Source of the DNA: Rubrobacter sp.
GTDB lineage: Bacteria > Actinomycetota > Rubrobacteria > Rubrobacterales > Rubrobacteraceae
Direction: 5' to 3'
Assembly (NCBI GenBank): GCA_035264945.1
Contig: DATFPF010000123.1
Location: forward strand, 1,190 to 65,189
DNA: 64,000 bases
Both the position numbers and the translations under genes were made by a program. The notes under the pieces were generated by a model, which worked only from the letters and a program-made list of their open reading frames with translations, made no database searches and had not been told where the DNA came from. Below, piece by piece: positions 35,095 to 44,431 of the stretch; the stretch's first letter is position 1, and every line of letters begins with the position of its first letter.

Positions 35095-35682
35095 ATGGAG
35101 GGGAGGGATCAGAGCTCGCGCGTGGCGGTCTTCGTGGATGGGGCGAACCTGTACCATGCCATCAAGAGCTACTACAAGGGCGTCCTGGACTACTCCCGCC
35201 TCCTCGAGGCCGCCGTCGGCGACCGCAGCCTCCTCCGCGCCACCTTCTATATAGTCGAGAAGCAGGAGGCCGACGACGCCCAGGGCACCCCGTCGGCCCG
35301 CTCCTTCGTCTACAACCTCAACAGGTTCGGCTACAAGGTCCGCTCCAAGCCCCTCCAGGTACACGAGACCGTCACCCCCGAGGGCGAGCGCACCTTCTCC
35401 CACAAGGGCGACTGGGACGTAGGCATAGTCGTGGACATGATGCGCCTGGCCGCCCACGCCGACGCCTACGTGCTCGTCTCCGGCGACGGCGACTACGTCG
35501 AGGCCGTCGAGTACCTCCAGAGCGAGATGGGCCTCCGCGTCGAGGTAATAAGCGCCGCCCAGTGCACCTCCCAATCCCTCCTCGACGTCTGCGACAGGCA
35601 CACGGATCTTGCGGACATACCGGAGTTGTTTCGACGAACGTCGAAACAAGCTGTCAGCTCTCAGCAATCAGCCATCAGCTAG
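35095..35682 (+). CDS. NYN/LabA domain protein
   Basis: FVDGANL, KGDWDV, SGDGDY; extended -10 TGcTACTAT 7 nt before ATG. Confidence 0.9.
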   Translation: MEGRDQSSRVAVFVDGANLYHAIKSYYKGVLDYSRLLEAAVGDRSLLRATFYIVEKQEADDAQGTPSARSFVYNLNRFGYKVRSKPLQVHETVTPEGERTFSHKGDWDVGIVVDMMRLAAHADAYVLVSGDGDYVEAVEYLQSEMGLRVEVISAAQCTSQSLLDVCDRHTDLADIPELFRRTSKQAVSSQQSAIS

Positions 35683-35796
35683 GTCAACTACGGCGAGATC
35701 ACTCTCGTTTCGGAAGACTTGGCGAGTCACGTCTGGAGCGCAGGGTTCAGACAACGGGGACGAAGCTGACGGCTGAAAGCTGATCGCTAACTGCTA
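35649..35796. repeat. Element bracketed by inverted TCAGC-heptamer arms
   Basis: agctgtcagctctcagcaatcagccatcagct and inverted agctgacggctgaaagctgatcgctaactgct. Confidence 0.7.
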
Positions 35797-35802
35797 GTGA
35801 GC

Positions 35803-36702
35803 CTACGGCTCGCCGATCACCCGCACCTCGGATTCGAGTTCCACCCCGAGCTTCTCGCGGACCGTGCGGCGGACGAGGTCTATGAGCTCAAGCGCCTCCC
35901 GCGCCGTTCCCCCGCCGAGGTTGACCAGGTAGTTGGCGTGGATGGGCGAGACCTCTATGTTCCCGACCCTCGTGCCCTTGAGGCCGGCGGCCTCGATGAC
36001 GCGGCCCGGGAAGTCGCCGGGGGGGCGTTTGAAGGTGGAGCCGCAGCTCGGCTTGTTGGGAGAGCCGTTCATGCGCTGCGCTCGGAACTCCTTTATGCGG
36101 GCCTTGAGGACATCGGGGTCTCCGAGTCTCAGCGTGTAGCCTGCCCTGAGGACGAGCCAGTCGGGGTGCTCGTGGAGGATGCTGTGGCGGTAGGAGAGGC
36201 GCAGGCTCGCGTTCTCCATCCTGACGACCTCGCCGGCGTCTGCCTTCAAGACGTCGGCCCAGGCGAGTACCTCCCTCGTCTCCGACCCGTAGGCGCCGGC
36301 GTTCATGTAGACGGCCCCGCCGACGGTGCCAGGGATGCCGGTGGCGAACTCGAGGCCCGCCAGGCCCTTCGCCGCGGTCGTGTTTGCGAGAACCGGGTAG
36401 AGGACGCCGGCGTCTGCGACTACGGAGAGGCCATCGACCTCAACTTTCGTCAGGGCCTTGGCGAGTCGGATGGTGAGGCCCCTGACGCCGCCGTCGCGCA
36501 CGAGCACGTTCGTGCCGCCGCCGAGCACCGTGACGGGGACGCCGTTCTCGCGGGCCTCCCGCACGGCGGCCACCAGCTCGTCCGCGCTCTTCGGCTCCAG
36601 CAGGGCGTCGGCGGGACCCCCGATCTTCCACGCCGTGTAGCGCCGGAGCGGCTCGTCGAACTTGGCCGAAGGAAAGAGCCGGTGTAAAGTGCCGCTGTGC
36701 AT
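35803..36702 (-). CDS. murB: UDP-N-acetylmuramate dehydrogenase
   Basis: KIGGPA, GGGTNVLV, GIPGTVGGAVYMNAGAYG, YRHS, SCGSTFKRP, HANYLVN, LESEV. Confidence 0.95.
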   Translation of the reverse strand: MHSGTLHRLFPSAKFDEPLRRYTAWKIGGPADALLEPKSADELVAAVREARENGVPVTVLGGGTNVLVRDGGVRGLTIRLAKALTKVEVDGLSVVADAGVLYPVLANTTAAKGLAGLEFATGIPGTVGGAVYMNAGAYGSETREVLAWADVLKADAGEVVRMENASLRLSYRHSILHEHPDWLVLRAGYTLRLGDPDVLKARIKEFRAQRMNGSPNKPSCGSTFKRPPGDFPGRVIEAAGLKGTRVGNIEVSPIHANYLVNLGGGTAREALELIDLVRRTVREKLGVELESEVRVIGEP

Positions 36703-36759
36703 GGGGACGAATATAGAGCACGCAACGACGGCCTGCAGCCGGGCCCGACGGTAGTGGGC

Positions 36760-37023
36760 CTGCGGGGGCAGGTCGGGGATCTCAAGGCGCACAAGGGGTT
36801 CGACGTCACCCTGGGGCGGCGGCTCGCGTACCCGACGAGCGAGGTCGGCGGGGTGGCGGAGGAGGTGCTCGGGCTCTCCCGGAACGGCGACGCGCGGGAG
36901 AGGTTGGGGGAGGAGATCTACGACGTCGTGTGGAACCCGCTCGACCTCGCGGATCTCGCGGGCGTGGACCTTTAGGACGCCTTCGAGAAGAAGGCCAGAC
37001 GGATCGAGGTCAGAGAATGGTAG
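36760..37023 (+). pseudogene. MazG-like pyrophosphohydrolase remnant with internal TAG
   Basis: SEVGGVAEEV...LGEEIYDVVWN...GVDL*DAFEKK...REW*. Confidence 0.6.
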
Positions 37024-37030
37024 CCAATAG

Positions 37031-38062
37031 ATGAAGGCCATGGCGCTCGCGGCGGGCAAGGGCACCCGCCTCTTCCCGCTGACCGGCGAGATCCCCAAGC
37101 CCCTAGCCCCCGTGGTGGATACCCCCATCATCGGCCACATCTTCGGTCTCCTCGCGAAACACGGCGTCGACGAGGTACACGTGAACATCCACTACCTCGC
37201 CGACGCCCTCCTCGAGGCCTACGGCGAGGAGTCCCAGAGGAACGGCATGAAGGTCCAACTGAGCAAAGAGGACGAGCTCCTCGGCACCGCCGGCGGGGTT
37301 AAGCGCCTCGCGGACCGCTTCGACGACACGTTCGTCATCGTCTCCGGCGACGCCCTCACGGATATAGACGTCCAGGCGCTCGTGGCCTTCCATAAGGAGA
37401 AGGACGCGCTCGCCACCATAGCCCTCCGCCGGGTCTACGACACCTCGGAGTTCGGGGTGGTCGAGATAGACGAGGAAGGCGCGATCCTCGGCTTCCAGGA
37501 GAAGCCGAACCCCGAAGAAGCCATAAGCACCCTCGCCAACACCGGCATCTACGTGCTCGAGCCGCGGGCGCTGGACTACATCCCGGAAGCCACCTTCTTC
37601 GACTTTGCCAAGGACGTTTTCCCGAAGTTCCTCGAGAACGGGGAGCGTTTCGTCGGGTACCAGGGGGACTTTTACTGGTCGGACATAGGGACGCTCGAGG
37701 CGTACCGGCAGGCCCAGTACGACGTGCTCTCGGGTAGGGTGGGCGTCGATATCCCCGGCGAGAAGCGCGGCGAGGGCCTCTGGGTCGGCGAGGACGCCCA
37801 GATCCACCCCGCCGCCAACATAGAGGGCCACGCCGTCGTAGGCCGGGACGCCGTCGTCGGACGCGGCGTGACCCTCTCCGGCGACGTTACGGTCGGCACC
37901 GACTGCTGGATAAGGCCAGACGCCACCATAAAACGCTCGATCCTCCTGCCCGGCTCCATGGTCGGCGACGGGGCGTACATCGAAGACTGCATAGTCGGCC
38001 ACGGCTACGACGTCAGGCCCGGCGAGACGATCCGGGGCGGGGCGCTGATAAGGAAGGCTTGA
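37031..38062 (+). CDS. Sugar-phosphate nucleotidyltransferase (mannose-1-phosphate guanylyltransferase-like)
   Basis: LAAGKGTRLFPLT..PKP, LGTAG, FQEKP, YWSDIG, C-terminal left-handed beta-helix. Confidence 0.92.
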   Translation: MKAMALAAGKGTRLFPLTGEIPKPLAPVVDTPIIGHIFGLLAKHGVDEVHVNIHYLADALLEAYGEESQRNGMKVQLSKEDELLGTAGGVKRLADRFDDTFVIVSGDALTDIDVQALVAFHKEKDALATIALRRVYDTSEFGVVEIDEEGAILGFQEKPNPEEAISTLANTGIYVLEPRALDYIPEATFFDFAKDVFPKFLENGERFVGYQGDFYWSDIGTLEAYRQAQYDVLSGRVGVDIPGEKRGEGLWVGEDAQIHPAANIEGHAVVGRDAVVGRGVTLSGDVTVGTDCWIRPDATIKRSILLPGSMVGDGAYIEDCIVGHGYDVRPGETIRGGALIRKA

Positions 38063-38192
38063 GGTTATGAGGTTATGAGGCCCTGGGCTCCAGCTGCGAA
38101 GGAGTGACGCAAAACGGAGGCAAGCATTTTGCCTTCGCGGAGGGCCGCCGAGCTTCGGGTGCCGGGCTACCTCAAACGCTCGAACCTGGAGC

Positions 38193-38933
38193 CTAGCTGC
38201 TCGGCCTCACCAGACGATACCCGAACCCCCTCACCGTCTCGATAAGCTTCGGCTCGTTCGGGTTGTCGCCGAGCTTGTTGCGCAGGCGCTGGACGTAAAC
38301 GTTTACGGTGCGTTCGTCTATAAACTCGTCCTCGCCCCAGACCTGGCGGAGCAGGGCCGTGCGGGGGAAGACGCGGCCCGGCGAGCGGGCGAGGGTGTGG
38401 AGCAGCTTGAACTCGCGGGGAGAGAGGGCGATCTCCCTGTCCCCCTTGCGGACGAGGACCTGGTCAGGGTCGATCTCGAGGTCCCCGACGAAGAGCCGTC
38501 CGGAGTCGTCGTCCCCGCCGCGTTCCTTTTTGCGGAAGATCTGCTTCACGCGGGCCACGAGCTCCCTCGGGTTTACGGGTGAGCGCATGTAGTAGTCCGC
38601 GCCGAGCTCGATGCCGACGATGCGGTCCATAGTGTCCTCGTCCCTGAGGAGCGCCACGGTCGAGACGTTAGGTTTCTGGACGGCGCTTATTACCTGGAAG
38701 CCCCTCTCGTCGGGGAGGCGGTTGTCCACTACGGCGATCTCGAACTCCTCGCGGCTCGCCATCTGGCGGGCCTGGTTGCCCGAGCCGGCCGGGATCACAC
38801 GCCACCCCTCCCCAGACAAAGCCCGCCTCAGATGTAGCCTCTCCTCGTCATCCCCGATGACCAGCAGAACAGACCCGCTCAATACCCCGCCTTCGACCGT
38901 CGGACCACAACCATCCCGCAAGTATATCCACAA
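38193..38933 (-). CDS. OmpR-family response regulator, atypical receiver (start uncertain)
   Basis: LSPREFKLL, ERTVNVYVQRLRNKL, TVRGFGY; receiver has GADYYMRSP. Confidence 0.88.
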   Translation of the reverse strand: MWIYLRDGCGPTVEGGVLSGSVLLVIGDDEERLHLRRALSGEGWRVIPAGSGNQARQMASREEFEIAVVDNRLPDERGFQVISAVQKPNVSTVALLRDEDTMDRIVGIELGADYYMRSPVNPRELVARVKQIFRKKERGGDDDSGRLFVGDLEIDPDQVLVRKGDREIALSPREFKLLHTLARSPGRVFPRTALLRQVWGEDEFIDERTVNVYVQRLRNKLGDNPNEPKLIETVRGFGYRLVRPSS

Positions 38934-38957
38934 AACCGCGCCGCCGAGACGCCCGCC

Positions 38958-38986
38958 TTGAGAGATACCCGGCGCGGCGGTATCAT
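38958..38986 (+). promoter_or_regulatory. Sigma-A-type promoter of tRNA-Arg
   Basis: TTGAGA-17 bp-TATCAT just upstream of the tRNA. Confidence 0.65.
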
Positions 38987-38998
38987 AGCCCTTCCGAT

Positions 38999-39072
<74 letters not shown>

Positions 39073-39100
39073 CCCCGGAAACTCCTGCAAAACGGCGGGA

Positions 39101-39134
39101 AAAGAGGCCCCCGGCTCGATGGCCGGGGGCCTTT
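39101..39134. terminator. Hairpin/terminator after tRNA
   Basis: AGGCCCCCGGC-TCGATG-GCCGGGGGCCT followed by TT. Confidence 0.6.
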
Positions 39135-39870
39135 GGCAGCAGTAGGGCGGCAGCATAGCCTACGAAAGCGCTTCTTCGAGCCGAGGGCTCCCGGAACTCC
39201 GCTTTAGGGCCTTCCACGAAGTCAGCTGAGAAGGTTCCCACGTCTAGCCTATATGGGGAACGAGCTCCCCGCCGGTTCGCCTCTAGGCTGCTACCGCTAC
39301 GTATGCGGGGGCGTTGCGCACTCCCCGCGCACCACCGAGGAGAAGGAGCGGCACCCCTTTACGCACCGCTTCGGAGGCGAGCCAGGACTTTCCCGAACAG
39401 CCACTCTGGGACGTTGGGTGGATACGGGCAAGGACCAAGGTCCCAGGGAAATAGCGGTCCTTCGCCCGATGTCTCCTCCCGCGCCCACGGCTTTACTTCC
39501 GACCAAGGACAGCGCGAGCCGGGCGAAGGAGGCCGGGACGGGAGTGCGGGATGGGGCCGGGGCTATGCGACCTCTGGGCACCATCCCTGTGGGACGTACG
39601 GCGAATAGTGAAGGGTCGAGGTCTTGGGAAGCCCCAACCCCAGGGGAGAAGCCGGCGGGAGGATAAGGGAACTCCGCAAGGGAACACGGAGGATTTTGGT
39701 ACCCGACCCATCGGGGGTGGCCATGGTCCGCACCGGCCTCCTCCTCATGAGTAGTTTGAGGGCGCCTTTTCGAGCTCAAGGAAGCCATATCCACGCCCTG
39801 CTGACGCGGTATCCTGGGTCGCCCATGACAAAATGCACACTTCCGTCTATGACGAACTACGCGAGGGAGG

Positions 39871-40071
39871 ATGATGGAGCGCGACGACTTCGTTGCTGAG
39901 GGCGGCATGGGGGTGGGTCCCACGGAAAAGTACTTCGTGTTCTTGGACGGGGAATACCTCGGGAAGCTGATCCTGGACCACTTCCGCCTGCCCGAAGAGA
40001 AGGGCTACACCGACCTGGGACGCGTGCGCTTGACCGTGGAGCGGCTGGGGGAGTCCGAGCCCCGACCTTGA
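39871..40071 (+). CDS. Small hypothetical protein
   Basis: GGGAGG RBS; 66-aa ORF with typical codon usage. Confidence 0.6.
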   Translation: MMERDDFVAEGGMGVGPTEKYFVFLDGEYLGKLILDHFRLPEEKGYTDLGRVRLTVERLGESEPRP

Positions 40072-40106
40072 GACCGCCGCCGGGCGGGGGCCCGACCGTC
40101 CGGATC

Positions 40107-40392
40107 TAGCCGCGGCCTCTGCTATACGTGACCGTGATCTCGACGCCGGACACCAGGTTCCTTCTTCCGCATCGCGCCGGCGGCGGTCCCGCCCCTTCCG
40201 CATTGTGCACCAGCACGTGCGGGCCGAAGCTCGCGGCCCTCCCTTCGAAAGGCCGGGGGGCGCGAGCAGCACCTCGAAGTCCGGGCGGCGGGTGTGTATG
40301 GAGAGCGCGAGCGCCTCCCGGTACATGAGCGGAGAAATGGTGACGAGTATTCGCAGGGGGCGCGCGTTCCTTTCCGCGGACAAAGACCGCAT
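40107..40392 (-). pseudogene. Frameshifted relative of the 41223/42516 family
   Basis: RILVTISPLMYREALALSIHTRRPDFEVLLAPP, then continuation FEGRAASFGPHVLVHN in another frame. Confidence 0.5.
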
Positions 40393-40630
40393 GAGAGGCA
40401 ACACGCAGAGATCATCCGGTTGCTGGTGGTCCACAGACCATACGCCCGCCGCGCCCGCATACAAGGGCCCCCGCACAGGAATGTACCGAAAGGTGCACGG
40501 GAGCGTCGGGAAAGTCGGCCGTTGGAGTGTCCGTCGGCGAGACGTTCGGTGATGAAGAGCCGCCGCTTTGACGAAAGGCCCGGGTTTCGCATCGCCTATA
40601 CTCCTATTTGGATCGCACGAGGAGCGATTC

Positions 40631-40990
40631 GTGCAGCAAACGGACGGCGGAACGGGCGGTTCCAGGCACGAGACGGGCGGCGAGACGGCGCGCCTCGAGA
40701 CGTTCAGCGACGGCGTCTTCTCCATCGCGGCCGCCCTCCTCGTGCTCAACCTGGAGGTCCCGAACCTGCCCCCGAGCAAGGCCGCGCGGGAGGTGTGCCC
40801 GGGGCCGTCGTCGCCCTGGCGCCTGGCGCGATCAGCTACGTAGTGAACTTCCTGGTGATCATGGCCTTCTGAATGGCCCACCGGGCCCAGTTTCTTGCCG
40901 TTCTCGACCGGCCACTCCGACCGCTACGCGACCGAGACTCTGGCCATCGTAATCTACGCCGGCAGCCTCGTCCTGGCCAGGCTGATGTCC
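40631..40990 (+). pseudogene. TMEM175/DUF1211 K+ channel-like remnant
   Basis: RLETFSDGVFSIAAALLVL signature; later segments (SYVVNFLVI, PFST, IYAGSL) split by frameshifts and stops. Confidence 0.7.
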
Positions 40991-41130
40991 CGAAGAGGCG
41001 CACTTAGGGCGTTACCCCGGCCCTTCTGTGATCCTCTCAACGCGGCACGCATGCGAGGGAACGCGCGCGCAGGTACAATGGCGTGTATGAAATAGTACAT
41101 GCGGGACGCATCTAGCCGTAACGCGCGTCC

Positions 41131-41212
41131 CTCGACAAGGGCAAACCCGCCGCGAGGCGGGGACGCAAAGCCACGGGCCTCGAACGACGAGGTGGCCGGG
41201 CCGCCGAAAGGG
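41131..41212 (+). ncRNA. Cyclic di-GMP-I (GEMM) riboswitch
   Basis: AAGGGCAAACC-CGCC-GCGA-GGCG-GGGACGCAAAGCCACGGGCCT...GGCCGGGCCGCCGAA matches the GEMM-I consensus. Confidence 0.9.
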
Positions 41213-41222
41213 GCAACGAGCA

Positions 41223-41642
41223 ATGGACCGTTCTATCGAGGCTTCCTACGACCCACAAGCGCTCGCACACCGCGGGGACGCTCCACTCGTCCTCTTCGCC
41301 ATCGAGCCCCACTCCTACGGCCAGGTCATCGGTACGACCGTCTCACACGTGCGCCCGACGCTGGACGTGCGGATCGTCCCACCGAAAGACCTCGTCGCCG
41401 AGCTGGAACGCCAGACGCCGGCCCTGGTCTTCAGCGGCGAATCGAGACCCGACGGCTGCGACGACACCGTCCGGTGGGTCGAGTACCGCCCGTACGAAGA
41501 TCACGACGTCGTCCGCGTCGACGGCCGCCGTCACGAAATTCCGGAGCTCGAGCTCGAAGACCTGCTCGCGCTCGTGGACCGCCTCGTCGGACAGGGACAG
41601 CGGACCGCCCGGGTGATCCACCACAACCCGCGTGCCGTATAA
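41223..41642 (+). CDS. Hypothetical protein, possibly degenerate receiver-like fold
   Basis: ATG directly after riboswitch; clear paralogue at 42516 (VRW.EYRPYED.DVV.VDGR...L.LEDL..LVDRL). Confidence 0.8.
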   Translation: MDRSIEASYDPQALAHRGDAPLVLFAIEPHSYGQVIGTTVSHVRPTLDVRIVPPKDLVAELERQTPALVFSGESRPDGCDDTVRWVEYRPYEDHDVVRVDGRRHEIPELELEDLLALVDRLVGQGQRTARVIHHNPRAV

Positions 41643-41684
41643 TTCGCAACGTCCGTTCCATACGAGGCCGGGGGCAGAACACGC

Positions 41685-42077
41685 GTGCCAGGCATCCTGA
41701 TAGTCGAGGACCACGCAACCTTCTCCGAGGCCATCGCGTTCGTGCTCGGCTCTCGGCTCTCCGGGGGGCTCCTGGGGCTGGCGACGTTCCACCACGCCAC
41801 CACCGTCGCGGAGGGCCTCGGCCTCGTCTCCGAGAAGAGCCCTCTCGACCTGGCGGTGGTTGACCTGCTGCTGCCAGACGGCGACGGCATGGAGGTAGTG
41901 CGGAAGATCAAGTCGTTCTGGCCCGAGACGCCGGTGGCCGTGCTGAGTTCCGTGGAGGACCTCTCCGGGGCGCTGGCGTCGGGGGCCGACGAGGCGATCG
42001 CCAAGGGCCTCCCCTTGACGGAGATAGTCGCCAGGCTCGCGGGCCTTGTGTCGGGCGGGGGCCGAACGGGGGCGTAA
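41685..42077 (+). CDS. Single-domain response regulator (NarL-like receiver)
   Basis: LIVEDH, VVDLLLPDGDG, VAVLSS, GAD...K; TATAAT at 41638. Confidence 0.85.
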   Translation: MPGILIVEDHATFSEAIAFVLGSRLSGGLLGLATFHHATTVAEGLGLVSEKSPLDLAVVDLLLPDGDGMEVVRKIKSFWPETPVAVLSSVEDLSGALASGADEAIAKGLPLTEIVARLAGLVSGGGRTGA

Positions 42078-42515
42078 GGCGCGGCGAGATCCGCCGCGTC
42101 CTTTCGACGATCCCGTAGCGGATCGCCCAGACCACCAGCTCGATATCCACCGCCCCGTAGGGCCCCGCCGGTAGTCCGAGAACCGCGCGCGGTTCTCGAT
42201 GCCGTTCCCTATGGCCCCTCCTCGGGGATCTCTTCGAGAACCTCCGGCCCGGCCGACAGCACCCTGGTTCGGGCGACGCCCTCCTCCGTCCTCCCCGGCC
42301 GCGCCGCGTGGGCCCCGCCTGGCCCGTAGCGCTGCGAGCCGTCCGGCTTGGCCTTCCGGCGCGCCTCCGTCGTCTAGCCGGCGAAGATCTCCTCTACGGG
42401 CTCGGGTAGCCCAAGCAGGTTAGAGGAAGTTACCTATTTGCGCAGAGGGACCGGGACGGGCCGCCGTTCATAATCGTTGCGTGCCGACCACCACAGGAAA
42501 GGCGACCGCGCGACG

Positions 42516-42908
42516 ATGACCATGGAGATGACAACAGACCGCCAGCACGAAAACGGCGGGGGAATGCCGTTCTTTCTCGTGGCCCTCGAGCCGCTCTCCT
42601 ACGCCGAGGCCATCGGCGAGGCCGTCGCCGACCTGCGCCCGGGGCTTGAGGTCCTGATGGTCAGGCCGGAAGAACTCCCCGCCGAGGAAGACTTCTGGGC
42701 GCCTGCCCTCGTCCTCTGCGGACTCCCCCGGCCGGTGGGTTGCCCTTCCTGCGTGCGGTGGGCCGAGTACCGTCCGTACGAAGATCCCGACGTCGTACTC
42801 GTGGACGGCCGCGCCGAGCGCATCCCCGGACTCCAATTGGAAGACCTCATCGGGTTGGTGGACCGCCTCGCCAACCCGGCGTCGGACGGAGCCCACACGA
42901 CGGCGTAG
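42516..42908 (+). CDS. Hypothetical protein, paralogue of 41223..41642
   Basis: LVALEPLSYAEAIG...LRP.LEV...PALVL...VRWAEYRPYEDPDVVLVDGR. Confidence 0.78.
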   Translation: MTMEMTTDRQHENGGGMPFFLVALEPLSYAEAIGEAVADLRPGLEVLMVRPEELPAEEDFWAPALVLCGLPRPVGCPSCVRWAEYRPYEDPDVVLVDGRAERIPGLQLEDLIGLVDRLANPASDGAHTTA

Positions 42909-43085
42909 GAGCCGTCCGATCGCCCGTCCCTCCTGATCCCTCCACTCGGCTTGGCTTCACTTGCCCGGCACAGGGCCCCCGGGGCGGCGGGTCGTAAGAC
43001 GACTCCTTCGTCACTGGTTGGTTAGCATCTTCCCGGGGATGGTAGATAGGGGTGCAGGCAGAGCGGAGGCGCCCGGGGAGTTCGC

Positions 43086-43886
43086 GTGACCGGATGGCAG
43101 GACGGAGGATCTCGCGGCGGGACGCCTGAGGTTGGCGCGGGGATCTCGTGGCGCGAGGTGCTGGTCTCCGGGCAACCGGTCCGCTACGAGGTGGCGGGGA
43201 GGGGTGATCCCGTCGTCCTGGTGCACGGGCTCTCGGGCTCGACCCGCTGGTGGGCCCGGAACGTCCCGGACCTCGCTAGGCACCACCGGGTCTACCTCGT
43301 AAACCTGCCGGGTTTCGGTACCTTTCGCCCTTCCGGCCGGCGGTTCGTGCTCGCCGAGGCGGCCTCCTGGCTTCTCGCCTGGATGGAGGCCGTGGGACTA
43401 GAGGGGGCGCACATGGTCGGGCATTCGATGGGCGGATACCTGTGCCTCAAGATCGCCGCGCGGAGGCCTGGCGTCGTCCGCAGGCTCGTGCTCGTGGACC
43501 CTGCCGGCATGCCCCCGGGTCGGACGATGCTCGGGCACCTCGGGCCGCTGCTACTCGCGACCAGGTACGCGAGGCCCACGTTCCTGCCCGTCCTGGTGCG
43601 CGACGCCATCTACGCGGGGCCGCTAACCCTCTTTAGGACCGCGCGGGACCTGCTCGCCGAAGACGTACGGGGTGACCTGAGCCGGGTCGGGATGCCGACG
43701 CTCCTGGTCTGGGGCGACCGGGACCCCCTGATCCCACCGTCAATCGGCGACTTGATGCGGGCGGAGATCCCGGACTGCCGCCTCCTGGTCATCGAAGGGG
43801 CAGGCCACAACCCCATGTTCGACCGTCCTGAGGCCTTCAACGCCGCGCTCCTCGCCTTCCTGGCCGGGGAGCCGGTCGGGGGGTAG
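43086..43886 (+). CDS. Alpha/beta hydrolase
   Basis: LVHGL, LPGFG, GHSMGG, AGHNP. Confidence 0.92.
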   Translation: MTGWQDGGSRGGTPEVGAGISWREVLVSGQPVRYEVAGRGDPVVLVHGLSGSTRWWARNVPDLARHHRVYLVNLPGFGTFRPSGRRFVLAEAASWLLAWMEAVGLEGAHMVGHSMGGYLCLKIAARRPGVVRRLVLVDPAGMPPGRTMLGHLGPLLLATRYARPTFLPVLVRDAIYAGPLTLFRTARDLLAEDVRGDLSRVGMPTLLVWGDRDPLIPPSIGDLMRAEIPDCRLLVIEGAGHNPMFDRPEAFNAALLAFLAGEPVGG

Positions 43887-43895
43887 GCCCCCGCC

Positions 43896-44252
43896 TCAGC
43901 GCGTCCTGCTCGCCAGGGCCGCGAGCACCTCGCCCGCCCCCATCAGCACGTGCGGCGCCCAGTAGCGGGGGCCGTTCTTGGCGAAGCCGAAAAGCCACGG
44001 CGAAGCCGCCAGGAAGGCGCCGCTCGCGGCGTCCAGCGCGAGGTGCACGCGCATGGGCAACAGCCCCACGACGCCGAACTCGTAGTCGGTGATCATGCTG
44101 TAGGCGGCAGCCCCGCCGCCGGCCATGCGCAGGACGGAGGCGGCCCTGGACCCGCTCTCCAGGCCGAGTAGCCTCGGCGCGGCGAGCAAGGTTCCCGCCG
44201 ACGCGAGGTCCAGCACGCCGTGGGTCTTCGTGGATACTCCTCTTTGCGCCAC
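43896..44252 (-). CDS. Small membrane protein (SPW-repeat-like)
   Basis: THGVLD, TDYEFG, HLALD, SPWLFGF; GGAGG RBS before GTG. Confidence 0.75.
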   Translation of the reverse strand: MAQRGVSTKTHGVLDLASAGTLLAAPRLLGLESGSRAASVLRMAGGGAAAYSMITDYEFGVVGLLPMRVHLALDAASGAFLAASPWLFGFAKNGPRYWAPHVLMGAGEVLAALASRTR

Positions 44253-44431
44253 TCCGCGTCCTCCTTCTCCGTGTTTTCCGACGCCCGCGAACGGCGGGGC
44301 CTTCCCGACGGCCCACCGTCGTCCGCGTTTTCCTTGCCCGCCGCCGGAGTGCGCCCAAACGCTCGCGCCGGCGACCGGGACGAGAATGAGCCCGAATATG
44401 TAGGCCCGGTGCCCCGAATGGTGCAGGACGC

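Noticed and set aside
36973-36975. Possible programmed amber readthrough in the MazG-like gene
   Set aside because: Other disabling substitutions and no recoding signal; pseudogene is simpler
39073-39870. Possible prophage, integrative element or ncRNA after the tRNA
   Set aside because: No integrase, phage genes, att duplicate or recognisable RNA motif seen
42200-42515. Second c-di-GMP riboswitch upstream of the 42516 paralogue
   Set aside because: No GGCAAACC or GACGCAAAGCC core found
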